Of a stretch of DNA of 64,000 bases, positions 40,120-52,968 are shown piece by piece. The notes under the pieces are model-generated. The model was not told where the DNA came from. It made no database searches and saw nothing but the letters and a program-made list of their open reading frames with translations. Every line of letters starts with the position of its first letter. Within the stretch, counting starts at the first letter, position 1. The position numbers were made by a program, and so were the translations under genes. The stretch comes from Selaginella moellendorffii (Eukaryota > Plantae > Lycopodiophyta): positions 1,005,231 through 1,069,230 of the forward strand of contig NW_003314320.1 in NCBI RefSeq assembly GCF_000143415.4. Direction: 5' to 3'.

Positions 40120-41938
40120 TCAGTGTCTCCAGCTAGTCCATTTTATACAGGTTGGATTGCAAGGATACGGACAGTCGATGCTTTTATACGAAGAGCCGCC
40201 TCTTGCGAAGTACCAGTCTCCGAAGGCTTCTCTTATCGTCTGCGCAAAACCAAAAGAGTGAGCATTCTACGTGAAATGAGAATATCGACAGACCTTGTTT
40301 CCTATCGTGTTTGTGTTCCAAGTTAACCCTTCAAGCTGACAGTGACTGAAGCACGAATCTATGAAGAGACCACTCTGATCCACACCTCGCACGTATTCCA
40401 CGGCCTTTAGAAACTCCATCCTGAAACCTGGGAGCCCATGGATTTATGCATCGAAAAAGATACGTGATTGATTGATACCTTGCAAAACGCTGAGCTGATC
40501 CTGGGAACAGACGTACGGGTTATACTTGCAAGTAGTCCACTTCCTGTCAGGGTCGGCTGCGTCTGGAATGAAAATATTCTGGATCTGAGGATTCACACGA
40601 ATTTGTCACTTCCTTGGAACAAGCCTTAGCTTTTGCGCTTACTTGCCAAACATCATACGCTGGATTGACAAAGAAAATGGGGACGTGGATGTGAGGAGCG
40701 ACGTACTGAGGAAAGAAACACTGAACAAGCGACGTAAGAGCTACGTAGAAAAGGAGTTGTGAAATACCTGTGCATCGTGTTCTGCAACGCAGGCTTCTGG
40801 CAGGTTCTCTCGGGCATTCTGCGACGATGCTTGAGTGTGGAAACAAAAATGCTGAAACGAAACGCTTACATGGATATCCACCACGTCCTTGAAAAAGGAA
40901 CGAAACGAGAAGTTGCCTGCTATATCTTTCCTGTCAAAGAGCTTGGAAACATCAGAAACAGCTGCTTTAAACGAAACCGAACTTCACGTACGCATCCAAG
41001 AAATATCCTCCATCGCTGACGCATTTGACGTATGTCGTCCGTGGCAAAAGCTCCTTAAAGCTCGAGCAATGAAGAGTAGCCGCTAGACCTCCAGCCGAAC
41101 ATCCACCTAGAAGTGCCTACATAATTGGAATCGATAAGAACTACCAAAAGTAAAGAAAAAATCCGGACTAACCATCTCAGCGTCGCTCATACCCTTGCTC
41201 AAAAGATCCGAGATAACCGCCTTCCATATCTTCTCTCCTCTATACATGAGACCCAAGGCCTGCTGGCTATCGCTGTCGAAGGCCACCGTCACCGTGGTAT
41301 TCACATTTCCTGTGAAGGATGCTCCATCACAGTACTTGACTTTCACCCGGTTCCAATTGTAAAAATCTAAACCTCCAGTAGCAAAATCAATCCACATTAC
41401 TGGAAAGAAAAACCACTCACCTGGATTTTCTTGAGCCGAATTGCTGAGAATCCCGAGAAACCGTGTCTGTCTATCCATGAGATCGGAGGAGCCGAAGGAG
41501 GTTCGAGCGCGCTGTGCACAAGATGCGTGATCGGAACACCATGCTCCACCCTGAAAGAATCTGTCAAATAAAATAAAATCTCTCGAGCTAAAGCTCACCT
41601 CCAAGAACACGATCCAGTTCCTGGAACCAGATCCAGTGCCTGGATGCCAGTGATACGCAGGCGGACTGCCATCCAGACACACTGCGCAAGAGAAAGACGA
41701 TCAATCCAGAATGCCAAGAAAGATCGATCGGTCTTTTACCAGCGCCATCGTGAACAGCCGCCTGGAGGACCGTAATATCCACCCACAGCTCAGCGTCAGC
41801 GTACGAAGTGTAGTGCTTCCAGATGCGCATCTTCAAGATCGCGGCGAGGACGATCCCGACGGTCGCTACCGCGAATGCGGCCCTGGCGAGCTCCATCCAG
41901 CCCCATTTCTTCCCCCACACTAGCATTCTCTTCCCCAT
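40120..41938 (-). CDS. Pectin acetylesterase (PAE/Notum family), multi-exon
   Basis: [43 protein letters not shown] nucleophile elbow, [37 protein letters not shown]. Confidence 0.94.
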
Positions 41939-42099
41939 AAACCCTATTGAAATCCATTGGTCATAAGGGGCTAAAGTATGGAGACAAAATAAATCATCCG
42001 CGGGAATTTCAAAGTATCAGGGATATTCCGACAGATTTAAGGATCTGTGAGTAGCATATTCCGGCGGGGTTCTAGATCGACTTGGCATTTGTATAGAAC

Positions 42100-42290
42100 A
42101 TTTACATCATAAAGAAGATGTCCTCATATAACACTTAGCAATTTCGCCAAGTGCTTTCATCCTCTATTGCTATTGGCTCCTTTTTGTATTTGTTCCTTAG
42201 GATGAGGCACTGTAAGATGATGAACAATGCAAAAAAATCATTGTTATTTTGAAGTTAAAAGAAAATACAATAATAACCACTTTATTAATT
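42100..42290 (-). pseudogene. Short decayed remnant resembling the 3' end of the F-box gene (51653-51775)
   Basis: TACATCAT.AAGAAGATGTCCTCA...AGTGCTTTCATCCT matches the F-box stop region; a related piece lies at about 31170-31345. Confidence 0.55.
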
Positions 42291-42479
42291 CACCCAAAGA
42301 GCCTTAACTCTAGCATTATCAAACGAGATATAAAGTTTTTAAATGTGCAAAAAAGATTTCATCTTCAAGGTCGTAGCGAGGACAATCTTCACAAATGTTT
42401 TGCCACAGCAAGCTCAAACAAGTCCATTTCTACCCCCACACTCTTAAACTCTAAAAAACTAAGATCCGTGACAAAAGAA

Positions 42480-44850
42480 TAACTTTAAAACATTCTTACA
42501 TTTTTTATTAATATTTCATAAATCTTTTTTATAGAACATTTCATTTCATGTCTAATGAGAAAAGGTTAATACTTTTTAGTAAAATAGTAAATTATCCTTC
42601 TAGATTAATTAGATTAAATTGGTTTTTTCATTATATATAAAAAGGTAATTTAATCTTTCCATAAACTTTTGAGTTATAATATATTTTATATTAAATTCAA
42701 AAAAGGAGTTACTTCTTTTCATTTATTTTTTTCTCTTGGCACTAGAAGATCGATTCAGCACCGAACTAATCTTCCTAACATGTTCTTGCTTTGATGTCAT
42801 AAGCAAATTACATTTGCCTAGTATTTAATTTTTAAGTATTTTTCTTTTCAAAAACCTCTAAAAATCACATTTTTGAGCTGGGCTCAAATTCAAAAACTAG
42901 TGTAAAGCTTTTATATTCTTTAAATAAGTTTTTATTATATATATTAATTTTTACTTTTATATTTAAAATTTATAAAAAATAAATTACTTTTTGTTTGTAA
43001 AAAAATAAAAAAAGTAAAATTATGGAAGAGACAAAAGGGAATAACCACTAATTTCAAAAGAAGTCATATAAATTTATTAATTATTAAATACTAAGATGGT
43101 ATTGAAATCTAATTTTCCTAAATTAGAAAATTTAGAAATTTAAATAATTACATAACTATCTATTTTGAATTTTATACTTAATTTATTTTAAAAATATTAT
43201 AATGCTCCTAATATATTACTAAAAATATACAATTTCAACTTAATTTCATAATTTTGATACATTACTATTACAGCAGGCACAATTCATCTAAAGAATTATT
43301 TTTATATATCAAAATATCATTATAGTGTAATTAAAAGAGTACATTTTTTATAATATCCTTACTTGTGTGTGGGATTTTTATTCTTTGTTCATTTCCTTAG
43401 TTCACTTGTAAATTTGAGGTATGGTAAATTATATAGTCAATTATAACATTCAAAATATAATTTCCCATGTAATTTAGAAGAATAGTCATATAATTTTTTC
43501 TTATAGTTTTACATGTATTTTGATTTGATTTAACTATTTGTCCATATATTATATTATGGTATATATATATGGTATATATATATAATGTAATAAATATATA
43601 TTTACCTATATATTAGAATGTATCTCAATATATCTTATCAAATCGTTTAACCTCTTAAGTGGTCAATATACTTTTGTTTCAAATATTTATTATTAATACT
43701 TCCAAATTTATTACCAAATGTCTAATCTATTACAAATTCTTTTGTTTTGATTTTCCTTCACTATAGAACTTGTCTTTAAGTTTTCAAACCCTTTGATATT
43801 TTAAAAAGTAATTTTCTTTTTCCTAAATAACCTTATAATGCCTTTTAATATATTTATTTTTAATTTTTTAACTTTAGCCTCCCATACAAAATTCAATTAA
43901 GCATACACATAATTGTTGAAATGAAAATTTAAATAATCATTTAATCTTCTGTAAAGTATTTAGGTTTATCTAGTGATGTGGTTTTCACCCTTCACTCTAT
44001 CTTAAGATAACTATGGCCAAGGGTAATTATGTAATACACCTAAATTTTGAGTTGAACTCCAAATTTATTACATTACAAAGCAAATATGCTGAAATTGTGC
44101 AAACCCCATCTAACATTATTTTATGTGTAAGAGTTGATATTTATGGAGGATTTTGAATGTATACCAAACTTCAATTGCATAATGAGAAGAGGTGAGTACT
44201 TCACTGATTAGAGCAATATGAAATTTGGATTTTAACCCAAGTTGAAAACAGAATAAAGAGCAACACAACTATGTTTTTAACCATTATAACTATTATATAT
44301 TTACAATTAAACCCCTTTCCCTTACATTTTAGGCTTTTGCCCTAATCCCAAGATTTAACTTGAAATTTTATTATAGCATTAAACGTAGGTTTACCTTACT
44401 AGGAGATCTAAACATTTACCATAAATAGTATATGGAATTTAAATTGAACCAACAGATAAGGTATGATAACAAGTGATACAATAAACTATCATGTAACAAT
44501 ATTAAAGAACTAAAATCAATATTATAAAGTTCTTGATAGTAGCAAGTGCAAATTAATGATATGAGTTTTTTATATCAAGTTGAGTATGCTCAACAAACAA
44601 TATATAGGAATTCCTACTTTATGTTTATCCAATCAAAGTGCACATCATTGATGGTTTGTTAGTTGATATTAAAAAATATTTATCAGCCAAGTTGTTTTGG
44701 ACATTCTCTTATGACAGTAGGAAGTTATTACTTTTTAGGTTTCTTAATAATTTCAACTTAACTAGTTCACTTCACATAAAAGCACACTTTATAAAAAATA
44801 CACCAACTTAAGGAAAATATTTTTCTTTTATGTCAAAAGACACTAACACT
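42480..44850. other. Very AT-rich, ORF-free tract (about 2.4 kb)
   Basis: No ORF of 60 aa or more; long A/T runs and (TA)n at about 43545-43600; sharp compositional contrast with the flanks. Confidence 0.8.
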
Positions 44851-44859
44851 CATACACCC

Positions 44860-45640
44860 TCTGCCAATCACTGAAGCCTTTGACACTGGAACGAGCGAGA
44901 TGCCAAGCTCAAGCAAGGAGAATACTGACCTGCAACACATTGCTGTCACAAGAGAAAGAGATCCAAGTCACAGACCTGTAGAACTCATTTTCCAGATGGC
45001 GCTCGTACTGGGTGGTATCTTCCCCATCTTGTCGACCCCGTGAAAAGCTGTTTCATAACGCCTTCAACGAGAAGTGCTCCAAAACTTTGACAAGGAACAG
45101 CTTGATTCCCAGTGCGCTTACTTCAGCTACTGGCAGTATACCCTTGAAGATGCGTCTGGTGAAAAAACGTTCGTGCACTCTAGAAGGCAAGCAGTAAGTT
45201 CCCCGCTGATTCCTCATAAGCTGGCCACGCAGAAGTAGCTCATGGACAGCGTCTTTCATCTCTTGAGAAAGCGAATCATGCGACACCTACAATCCAAGGG
45301 CGCGTCAAACAGATAAAGATCTACCAAGCGAATACCTTGAGATTCACAAGTAAGCACGTTGTCAAGGGACGATCAACACCAGAGGGACTATCAAATAACC
45401 TGTCAGACTATTGTAAACTTCAAGACACACAGCTTACGATTGTACAGTCCGACAATTGGCAAAAATGATAGTGAAATCGATCGTCAGCAGCCTGTGGATG
45501 AAGTACTCACTTAGCCTGCTCGGTGCGCAATCAGTGTCCGCAAGCCAATTTAAAATTTCCGCCATAAGTCCTAGCTGCTTATCGGATAAGCGGATTATCC
45601 AATCTCATAATTCATCACAAGGTCTGGGAAACTATAGCAC
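44860..45640 (-). pseudogene. 3' remnant of a CR family-A gene (inverted paralog of about 520-1325)
   Basis: LPSRVHERFFTRRIFKGILP..GIKLFLVKVLE and YERHLENEFYR are near-identical to the copy at 967-1251. Confidence 0.85.
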
Positions 45641-45899
45641 AGTGCCCCTGGTAACACCCCTGCACTTGTTTCAAAGTTTCCATAAGAGCAAGTCACGGCC
45701 AAATGCAGCCTGGCTTCATCAACTATAAGAAGCCTAATCGGACCAGCGAGGCCAAGGAGATCCGTCACCTCACACCTGTAGCACTGGGAATTAATTCAAA
45801 GCAAAGTGCAGACGCTACACTGACCATATGTATGCTTGAGAAGCTGCTCAGAAGCAATGGTGTCACTCACAGCAGCAAGATTTATAAAATAGACAGCTT

Positions 45900-48800
45900 C
45901 CGAGTCTCGTGCTTGATACGAATATGCTGGCATAGCATATTCTCCAGAGCTCTCTGTGTTTTCCTTTGTAGTTTTTACAGCAGAGATTTCCAAGGTTGCA
46001 GCCGAGAAAGAGTGGAACATACAAAACACTCAATCTCCCACCAAAGTGGACGACAGTGTGTTTCTCAAGGGCATTCCAACAGCGTTTCAACTTGCTGCCG
46101 CTGGACATGTGGCCACCAAACTTTGATGAGGTCGTTAATGAGATGTTAGCACTGGAAACCTTGTTAGGAGGATCTCAGTTTCTCGAAGAAATTCCTTGCG
46201 ATTTGGCTATGTTTGCTGGTTCTAAGGCCAAGGTCTCAATCTGGGACAGGCTAGGGCCGCTGTTGCCAAAGAACGCAAACAAGAAGGTCAAAACGAGCGA
46301 AAGAGAAACAAGAAGCGCAAAAATAAGTATCTGTAAAAAGCCAGGATATGACTCACCTCCAAAGCCTTTTCTCGCATTTAGAAGAAGTTCCAGACGGGAA
46401 GCGAATTTACCTCGGCGATGACTACTCACACAGCATGTGTGGAGTGGGTACGATCAAGGTTCGACTTGCCACAGGACAGGTTGTAGCAGTCAGTGGAGTC
46501 TACTACGTTCCTGGTGTCAAGAAGACACTCTTCTCCGTTGGAAAAATCACAGATCGTGATTGCGAACTTCTCTTTTCCAAGGCGCAGTGTGCTATAATGC
46601 GAGGCGAGACAGTTATAGCCAGTGGGAGGCGTTATGCTAGCCTTTACCGGCTAAACGCAGAGGTGGAGTATCCAGTCAAGCTAGCGAGCAGCTTCTTTAG
46701 CATGCGGTTGACCTCCAGACATGGCATCGCCGGCTTGGTCACACAAATTACCAGGATATTAAACAACTCGCGAGTTCAGGCATGGTTGACGCTCTTCACA
46801 TCACTTCTTTGAAGCTGAGGTTTTATGAGCCGTGCATTCTCGCAAAGCAGCACAGATTTCGTTTCAAGGCTGGTGCTGCTACAAGAGCTACCGAGATTTT
46901 AGAGCTCGTCCACTCTGACGTGTACAATGCCAGTACTTTCTCGAGCGGAGAAGCTCTATTTTGTGACCTTGTAGACGATTATTCCAGGATGAGCGATGGT
47001 ATGGCAGAAAACCGGATCTCAGTCATCTTCGAATTTTTGGATAAGCATCGCACTAAGCTTGAAGATTGGCTACAGTGATCACATGAAGGCCTACAAGCTC
47101 TTCAGTTTGTCCTCGTCCAAGATCTTCCACAGTCGTGATGTGATCTTCGATGAAACACGGATGTATGCAACCAGAAATCTCCCGTGCGATCTTGATCCTC
47201 CAATCAACCGTCAACGGTTTATGGTTCTAGGAAGAAGCCCCTAGCGCCCCTATAGACGCAGCGGCAAGTGATGCTGAAGCGAGTGGGAGCACTCCAGCAA
47301 GTGGCGGCAACGAGGCGGTATTTTTGGCATGGGTGGGAGCGACAGTTTAGACTGGCTGTGGTGAAGGCTGAGTACTCCCACTTAAGCCAAGCTCTCCGCT
47401 GACTGGAGGAGACGTTCCATTCTGGCAGTCGCACACTCACAGAAGCAGGGGCACAATTTCAAGAACAGCTTGACTTTCAGGCTGCCCGGCAGCAAGCTCA
47501 AGCTAGGGAGCGTGCCCAGACAGCTCCAAGTGGTTCCAACACGTTCTAGTATGCAGCAGTTCCTCCAGAAGTGCAATAGGCGCTTCTGGAATTACCTTCT
47601 CCAGTTTTCCTTCACTAAGTTACCTCGTTTGTTGGTCCATGTTCACTCTAGTCTTGGATTTCCTAGTGGGCAGCTCATCACCCCGCTCAAGACTGGAGAG
47701 TGCCTCACGCAAATTCTTGGGAACCAAGATATCTCGGCCTTGACAAAATAGCAACTGGGCAAGCAGCAGCAAATTCCGAGTATTCATCTCTCATGGAGAA
47801 TGAGACATGAGACCTGGTCGATCTACCTCCTGGAAGGAAACCGATCAAGACTATGTGGCTTTTTCGAATCAAGACTGGAGCTGATAGAAACTTCTCAAGT
47901 ACAAGGCAAGACTTGTAGCAAAGGGATACTCACAATGAAACGTTTTCTCCTGTCGCGAAGATGGTCTCTATCCACTTGCTACTCAATCCTGCAGCCCAGC
48001 AGAATCTAGAAGCGGAGCAGCTCGACGTAACCACAGCGTTTCTCTATGGCGATCTTGACGAGGAGGTTTATGTCCTATATGAAGGTGTGCAAGCTTAAGA
48101 AGGCTTTATATCAGTCTCCATGGCAGTGGTATGCTAAGATGAACAGCTATCTACTCTCCATCGGTTTTGTGAGTATTTCAGCAGATTCTAACGTTTATCT
48201 TCGCAAGTCAGGTATGACATATATTTATCTTGCACTCTATGTAGACGATTGTCTACTAGTCGGTTCAACTCGCATAGCTTTGCAGCAGCTCAAGCGTGAG
48301 ATACAGGCACGATTTAAGATGGTGGATCTTGGATCAGTGAAATATTGTTTGGGGATCGAGATTATACGCGACAGGCAGGCAGAAGTATGTTGACGATATC
48401 TTGGAGAGGTTTCATCTTGCTGACCTGAATGAAGCGTCAACTCCTATGGAAGCCGGCCTCCATCTCAGCAAAGATCAAGTCCCACAAACAGTCAAGGAAT
48501 GCGAGAAGGTGAAGCAGATACCGTACCGCAGATGGTTGGCAGCTTAGTCTACCTGATGGGCTGCACGCGGCCAGGTTTGGCTTTTTCAGCGGGAGCAGTG
48601 TGCCCAGTTTCTCGAGACTCCAGGATTTCCTCATTGGTTGGCAGTCAAACGCATCTTTCGCGACTTGAAGGGGACCAGACATTATCGCACTCACCAAGAA
48701 TCTGGGTGTACCAAACATATCCAGGTGCAGTTCCATTATATTCGAGATCAAGTGAACCAGCGTGTTTTGGAGCTCATCCATTGTGGAACAACAGAACAGG

Positions 48801-48990
48801 TCGCAGATATTTTTACCAAGGCGTTACCTCCAGCCTTGTTCCAGCGACACGTACAAGCACTTGGCTTGAGAGAGCTCCTTGAGCGAGCACCTTAATATGC
48901 TGCCATAGCATATTCTCCAGAGCTCTCTACTCTAGAGGCGCGGTAGGCAATTAGGGGACATCAAGGGGGTGTGTTTTCCTTTGTATCCTC
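45900..48990 (+). mobile_element. Degenerate, heavily deleted Ty1/copia LTR retrotransposon
   Basis: Protease-adjacent IYLGDD..GVGTI..VYYVPG..LFSVG; WHRRLGH; ILELVHSDV (integrase); RT motifs LDVTTAFLYGDLDEEVY and LALYVDD; RNase H TKHIQVQFHYIRD..QVADIFTKAL, in copia domain order. Direct-repeat (LTR) remnants AATATGCTG.CATAGCATATTCTCCAGAGCTCTCT at 45921 and 48894. Confidence 0.92.
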
Positions 48991-49309
48991 TTGTGATGAA
49001 TGAGACCCTGTTCATCCTTATGCCCAATATGCCAACTGTGATTGATTCAGACTTGTATACAAACCATGCCAAGACTAAAATCAAGCCATATAAGCTATGA
49101 AAAACATTACCATTGTAACAACTTCTCTATTGCTGAGTTCCTCGGCGTGTTACGCTCCTCTACTAAGCCCTCTTTTAGTAAGCCCAGACTTTGAAACACG
49201 CTGGCTGAAGTGTCTAACGAAAAGATATAAAAGAATCACTCAGAATGCAGCCATACCACCCAAATCAAAATCAAGGCACTGGAAACTGAAAAACCATGCA
49301 CATACCTGG

Positions 49310-49498
49310 CTGTTTGAGGAGCCGCTGCAGCGTCTTAGCAGCAAAGAGAGGCACTTTGACGCCAATCACTTCCTCGTATGTGAGCTGCTCCAACTCTCCC
49401 ACATACTCGTAGCCCTGTGCTTCCAGAATTTGCACAGACGTATCAATCACGCCCGCTTTGCCATGGATCTGTGATTTAAGAAATACCCGCACAGCCAT
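49310..49498 (-). pseudogene. First exon of the copia-interrupted CR family-A gene: SAM-like header domain
   Basis: MAVRVFLKSQ..VQILEAQGYEYVGELEQLTYEEVIGVKVPLFAAKTLQRLL has a SAM-like helical pattern and ends at a GT donor. The same sequence is fused to the CR nuclease tail at 31603-31680. Confidence 0.6.
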
Positions 49499-50689
49499 TT
49501 CTATTCCTAAATCCTAAAGGCCGCAAGAGTTTACAACTACGGAGTTAACTCGGCATGAGAGGAGAAAGAACTAGCACGTTATCCTCGGGGTGCTCAAGAA
49601 GCGAGCTCGAGCTTTTCATGCAAGGCATCGCACAATAGGCTGACCAGTGCCTCTACTCGGCCAGGAGCGAGAGATTGAGAAGTTTTTGGTACATGCATTA
49701 CGGATACGTTTGGCTCCGCCGAATGCAATCGCTCGACTGGATCACGCTGCCGAAGGATTGAGTTATTTTCACCAGAGATGCTCGTCAGCGCTCGTGCCAG
49801 TTGAGAGAAGTTTTCGCTTTGCCTTGCTAAGGATATCAAATCTTATCACGCGTTTTCTTCGTAGCAGATCACAGTAAGTTTTCTCTTGCTTGGCTGACAA
49901 AAGAACTAATCTTTACTCGCCTACTTCCGAGCAAGATCCAGGTACAAACACAAACTTACAAACTTCGTTCTAGTTTTATCGCTCAGTCCAGTTCTCTTCC
50001 ACTTTCAGCTCACTTTGCCAAAGAACGATGACACTTGAGCAAGATCGTGGACGTCCAGGATGAGCGACCGAGTAGCGGAGATGGCTACCAACGATCAATG
50101 GATGTCATCAATCGTGAGTGGAAACCAACGAACACGAAAAGATCTCACAGCCCCGGCAGCGGGAAGAACAAAAGGTGGTGAATCGAAACTCCACTGCTCG
50201 AGCTCGACGAAGCGTGTCCGCCGGCTGCTGCTCCCTCTTGCGCTTGTGCCCCTCCACCCTCCCTCAAGCGCCAGAGCTCCTTCCACGCCAGTAACAAGTC
50301 ACACCCAACACGCTCCATCTGCAAGTTTTCTTCCCAAAATTTAGTTTTTACTTCCGTTGAGAGTTAGATTTGAACACACGCCGTTGCGGACTAGACATCT
50401 CAACTTAGCAGATAATTAGGAAATCCATTGGAGCACCACTGGCTCTTGGATTCTCTATCTGAATCACTGACAGTAGAGAACTACAAATCCAGGAGCATAT
50501 GTTATAACTTGTACTTTATTCTCTTGGAATACGTACAAGTCAGCTGTGAATGATACTACATTAGCTAGTTACTGATATTAGGCTGTTGTAGTTCCTAAGT
50601 TTTTCATGCTTGCAAGTTTGTTCTCGTCACTTATGTGAGCTTTAACCATCTGGCAACACCCTTGAACACGTTGCAACGGATTGCATATA

Positions 50690-51430
50690 GTAACGTGGTC
50701 TTATAAAAATGTTCGCAAAGTTTGATTGGATCCAAGACGGTATGAAGAGCCTCGTCCTAACTTGAGCAAGACGTAGAGAAAGAAAGCGGTACAGTTTGAT
50801 CGCCTGGCTTGGGCATACGCCGCAATGCGCTCGCCCTGGCACTCGAGCGCTATGGAGCCGTCAATGTAGAGACCCGTCTGGTCCAAGACACTGCTCGCAA
50901 CCTCTTGGCACAGGCCAGCGCCATCCACGCTCCACACCTTGTACGTGATGCCGTTGTCGTAATTACGCACGCCATGTAGCGCTCTCCCTTCTATCTTCGT
51001 CGATAAGAGGAATGCCGAGTTCCAACACTCGGCGGATCTGATGATGGATCTCCACTCCTTTCACAGAGGAAGATGCGTACCAGAAGATCATACCCAACAA
51101 TCGCTCTAGTTCATCCGCGGGAAAAGGTGAAAAACGTATTTACAAGCCTTTTTCTTGTGATCACTCTATCGTCTGCGTCGACTCGTAGATCTCGCAGCTC
51201 TGGTGCACCCATGCACTGATCACCCTGAGTCTCCCACGGTCCCAGCATCAATTCGGCAGCGCTTGATTCGGCCACCAGGTAAAAACTTGCCGTGCGTTTC
51301 CCATTGCGCGTGAGACTGCCTGTGAGAGAATTTCGCCTGGCACTTGAAAGAAAGCTGAGAGACTCGACGACTTCTTCTTCTTTTGCAGATCCAGGCAGCG
51401 CTCATTGATTTTGGAAGTATGAGTACGGCT
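50690..51430 (-). pseudogene. Deletion-collapsed tandem duplicate of the F-box + GH43 pair
   Basis: Ordered fragments match 52015-52070, 52168-52185, 52757-52850, 52960-52976, 53190-53205, 53292-53352 and 53383-53457. Confidence 0.85.
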
Positions 51431-51651
51431 ACGACGTCAAGAGCCAACGACAGAGTTTTTCTAGTTGGTCATCAAACTGGAAGAAATTTTTTTCACTGTC
51501 ATCCTCTCCATCTCCTCCTCTGCTAGATAGATTTCCCAGTCCCTGCGTTCTCTAAGCAGCGCAGTGAACTCGATTGTAGCTTTGAGCCCTCGATTTAGAT
51601 GGCAGTCACAGCAGCCCGAAGGCATGAGCTCCACATCAAATGAGAATACTC

Positions 51652-52857
51652 TTACATCATGAAGAAGATGTCCTCAAACACTTCAGCCTCCATGCCGCCG
51701 AGTGCTTTCATCCTACATTGCCGGATCCTGCGAACCGTATCTGGCGGCTGCTGCTCCTTCTTTCGCTTGTGCCCCTTGCCACCCTCGGGATCAAGCACCA
51801 TAGCTCCTTCGACGCCAGAGGGCCTCACAAGCGAGGGGCGGTAAACAACCGCCCGCCTGTACTGCACATACTCACTCTTGGCGCGGATGTACATCCACTC
51901 GCCGCAATCCAAGTCGTAGACCACGGGTGGCAAAGGCTCGGCACCTTCGTCAGCCCACTTCTCACCGTAACGATCGCGGCACTGGCCGGCCAGGCACACG
52001 AGATTGCCCTCAGCCTGGCACTCGAGCGCCATGGAGCAGTCAATGTAGAGACCCGTCTCGTCCAAATCACTGCTCCCAACCCCAAGCCACTGACCAGCGC
52101 CATCCATGGAGTCGAAGTAGAGGTCCAAGACATCGTTCGCAACCCCTCGCCACTGGCCTGTCCACACCCACACCTTGTACGTGACATAGGTATCAGCGAT
52201 TGCGCACGCCCGGTAGCGCACTCCCTTGTGCTCCCACACGAAAGGGAGACACCCCAGCGTATCTGTCTTAGCGTTGAGTTCGCCTGTGTCGGCGATGTCA
52301 GGCAAGCTCAGGATCGGGCCCCAGGCCCGCGAGCTTGATTCGTAGATACGCCTGTTATGGGTGTCTAGCAGCTTGAACTCCCCAGTCGCCGGGTCGGCAG
52401 TCATGCTGTAGATTCGACCGGCTTGCTGCGGATCCAGGCGTGGGATCCTGACCCACTCGTTGGTTGCCGGATTGCCCACCGTGAACTCCACCCCGGGCGT
52501 CTCACGGTCGGCCCATGACGGCTGGCGGATGAGCACCAGGCCTGCGGAGGAGGCGACGATGTCGAAGAAGGAGCCGGGCGGGAGCGGGAGCTTCATCCAC
52601 GCCGGGAGCGGAGAGACGACGCGCGACTTGGGGCTCCAGGCGCAGACGTGGAGTGGTCGAGGGTGATGCTGCCAGTGGGAGGTGTAAGCCGTGAGGAGGA
52701 CACAGTTTTCGTCGCTCGAACGCGGCCGCCACAGCGCCCTAAACTCGGCGGATTTGATGATGGCTCTCCACTCCTTGCACACGCCGCTGGCTTGCAGCAG
52801 TGATTCCCAGCCGATCGAGAGAAAGATGCGTACCAGTAGATCATACCCAAGTGCCAT
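51652..52857 (-). CDS. Intronless F-box protein, about 401 aa
   Basis: N-terminal F-box LGYDLLVRIFLSIGWESLLQASGVCKEWRAIIKSAEF; downstream VASSAGLVL and VGNPATNEWVRIP, typical of plant F-box/FBA-kelch-like proteins. Confidence 0.88.
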   Translation of the reverse strand: MALGYDLLVRIFLSIGWESLLQASGVCKEWRAIIKSAEFRALWRPRSSDENCVLLTAYTSHWQHHPRPLHVCAWSPKSRVVSPLPAWMKLPLPPGSFFDIVASSAGLVLIRQPSWADRETPGVEFTVGNPATNEWVRIPRLDPQQAGRIYSMTADPATGEFKLLDTHNRRIYESSSRAWGPILSLPDIADTGELNAKTDTLGCLPFVWEHKGVRYRACAIADTYVTYKVWVWTGQWRGVANDVLDLYFDSMDGAGQWLGVGSSDLDETGLYIDCSMALECQAEGNLVCLAGQCRDRYGEKWADEGAEPLPPVVYDLDCGEWMYIRAKSEYVQYRRAVVYRPSLVRPSGVEGAMVLDPEGGKGHKRKKEQQPPDTVRRIRQCRMKALGGMEAEVFEDIFFMM

Positions 52858-52968
52858 TTGCAAAACCTAGCGCTTCCCGCGAACAAGAAATTCGAACAAA
52901 GCCGTGAAGACCTAATTTCTATCGATTGAAAATATTGAGATTAAAATCATCCGGTAACAAAAAAGTAT

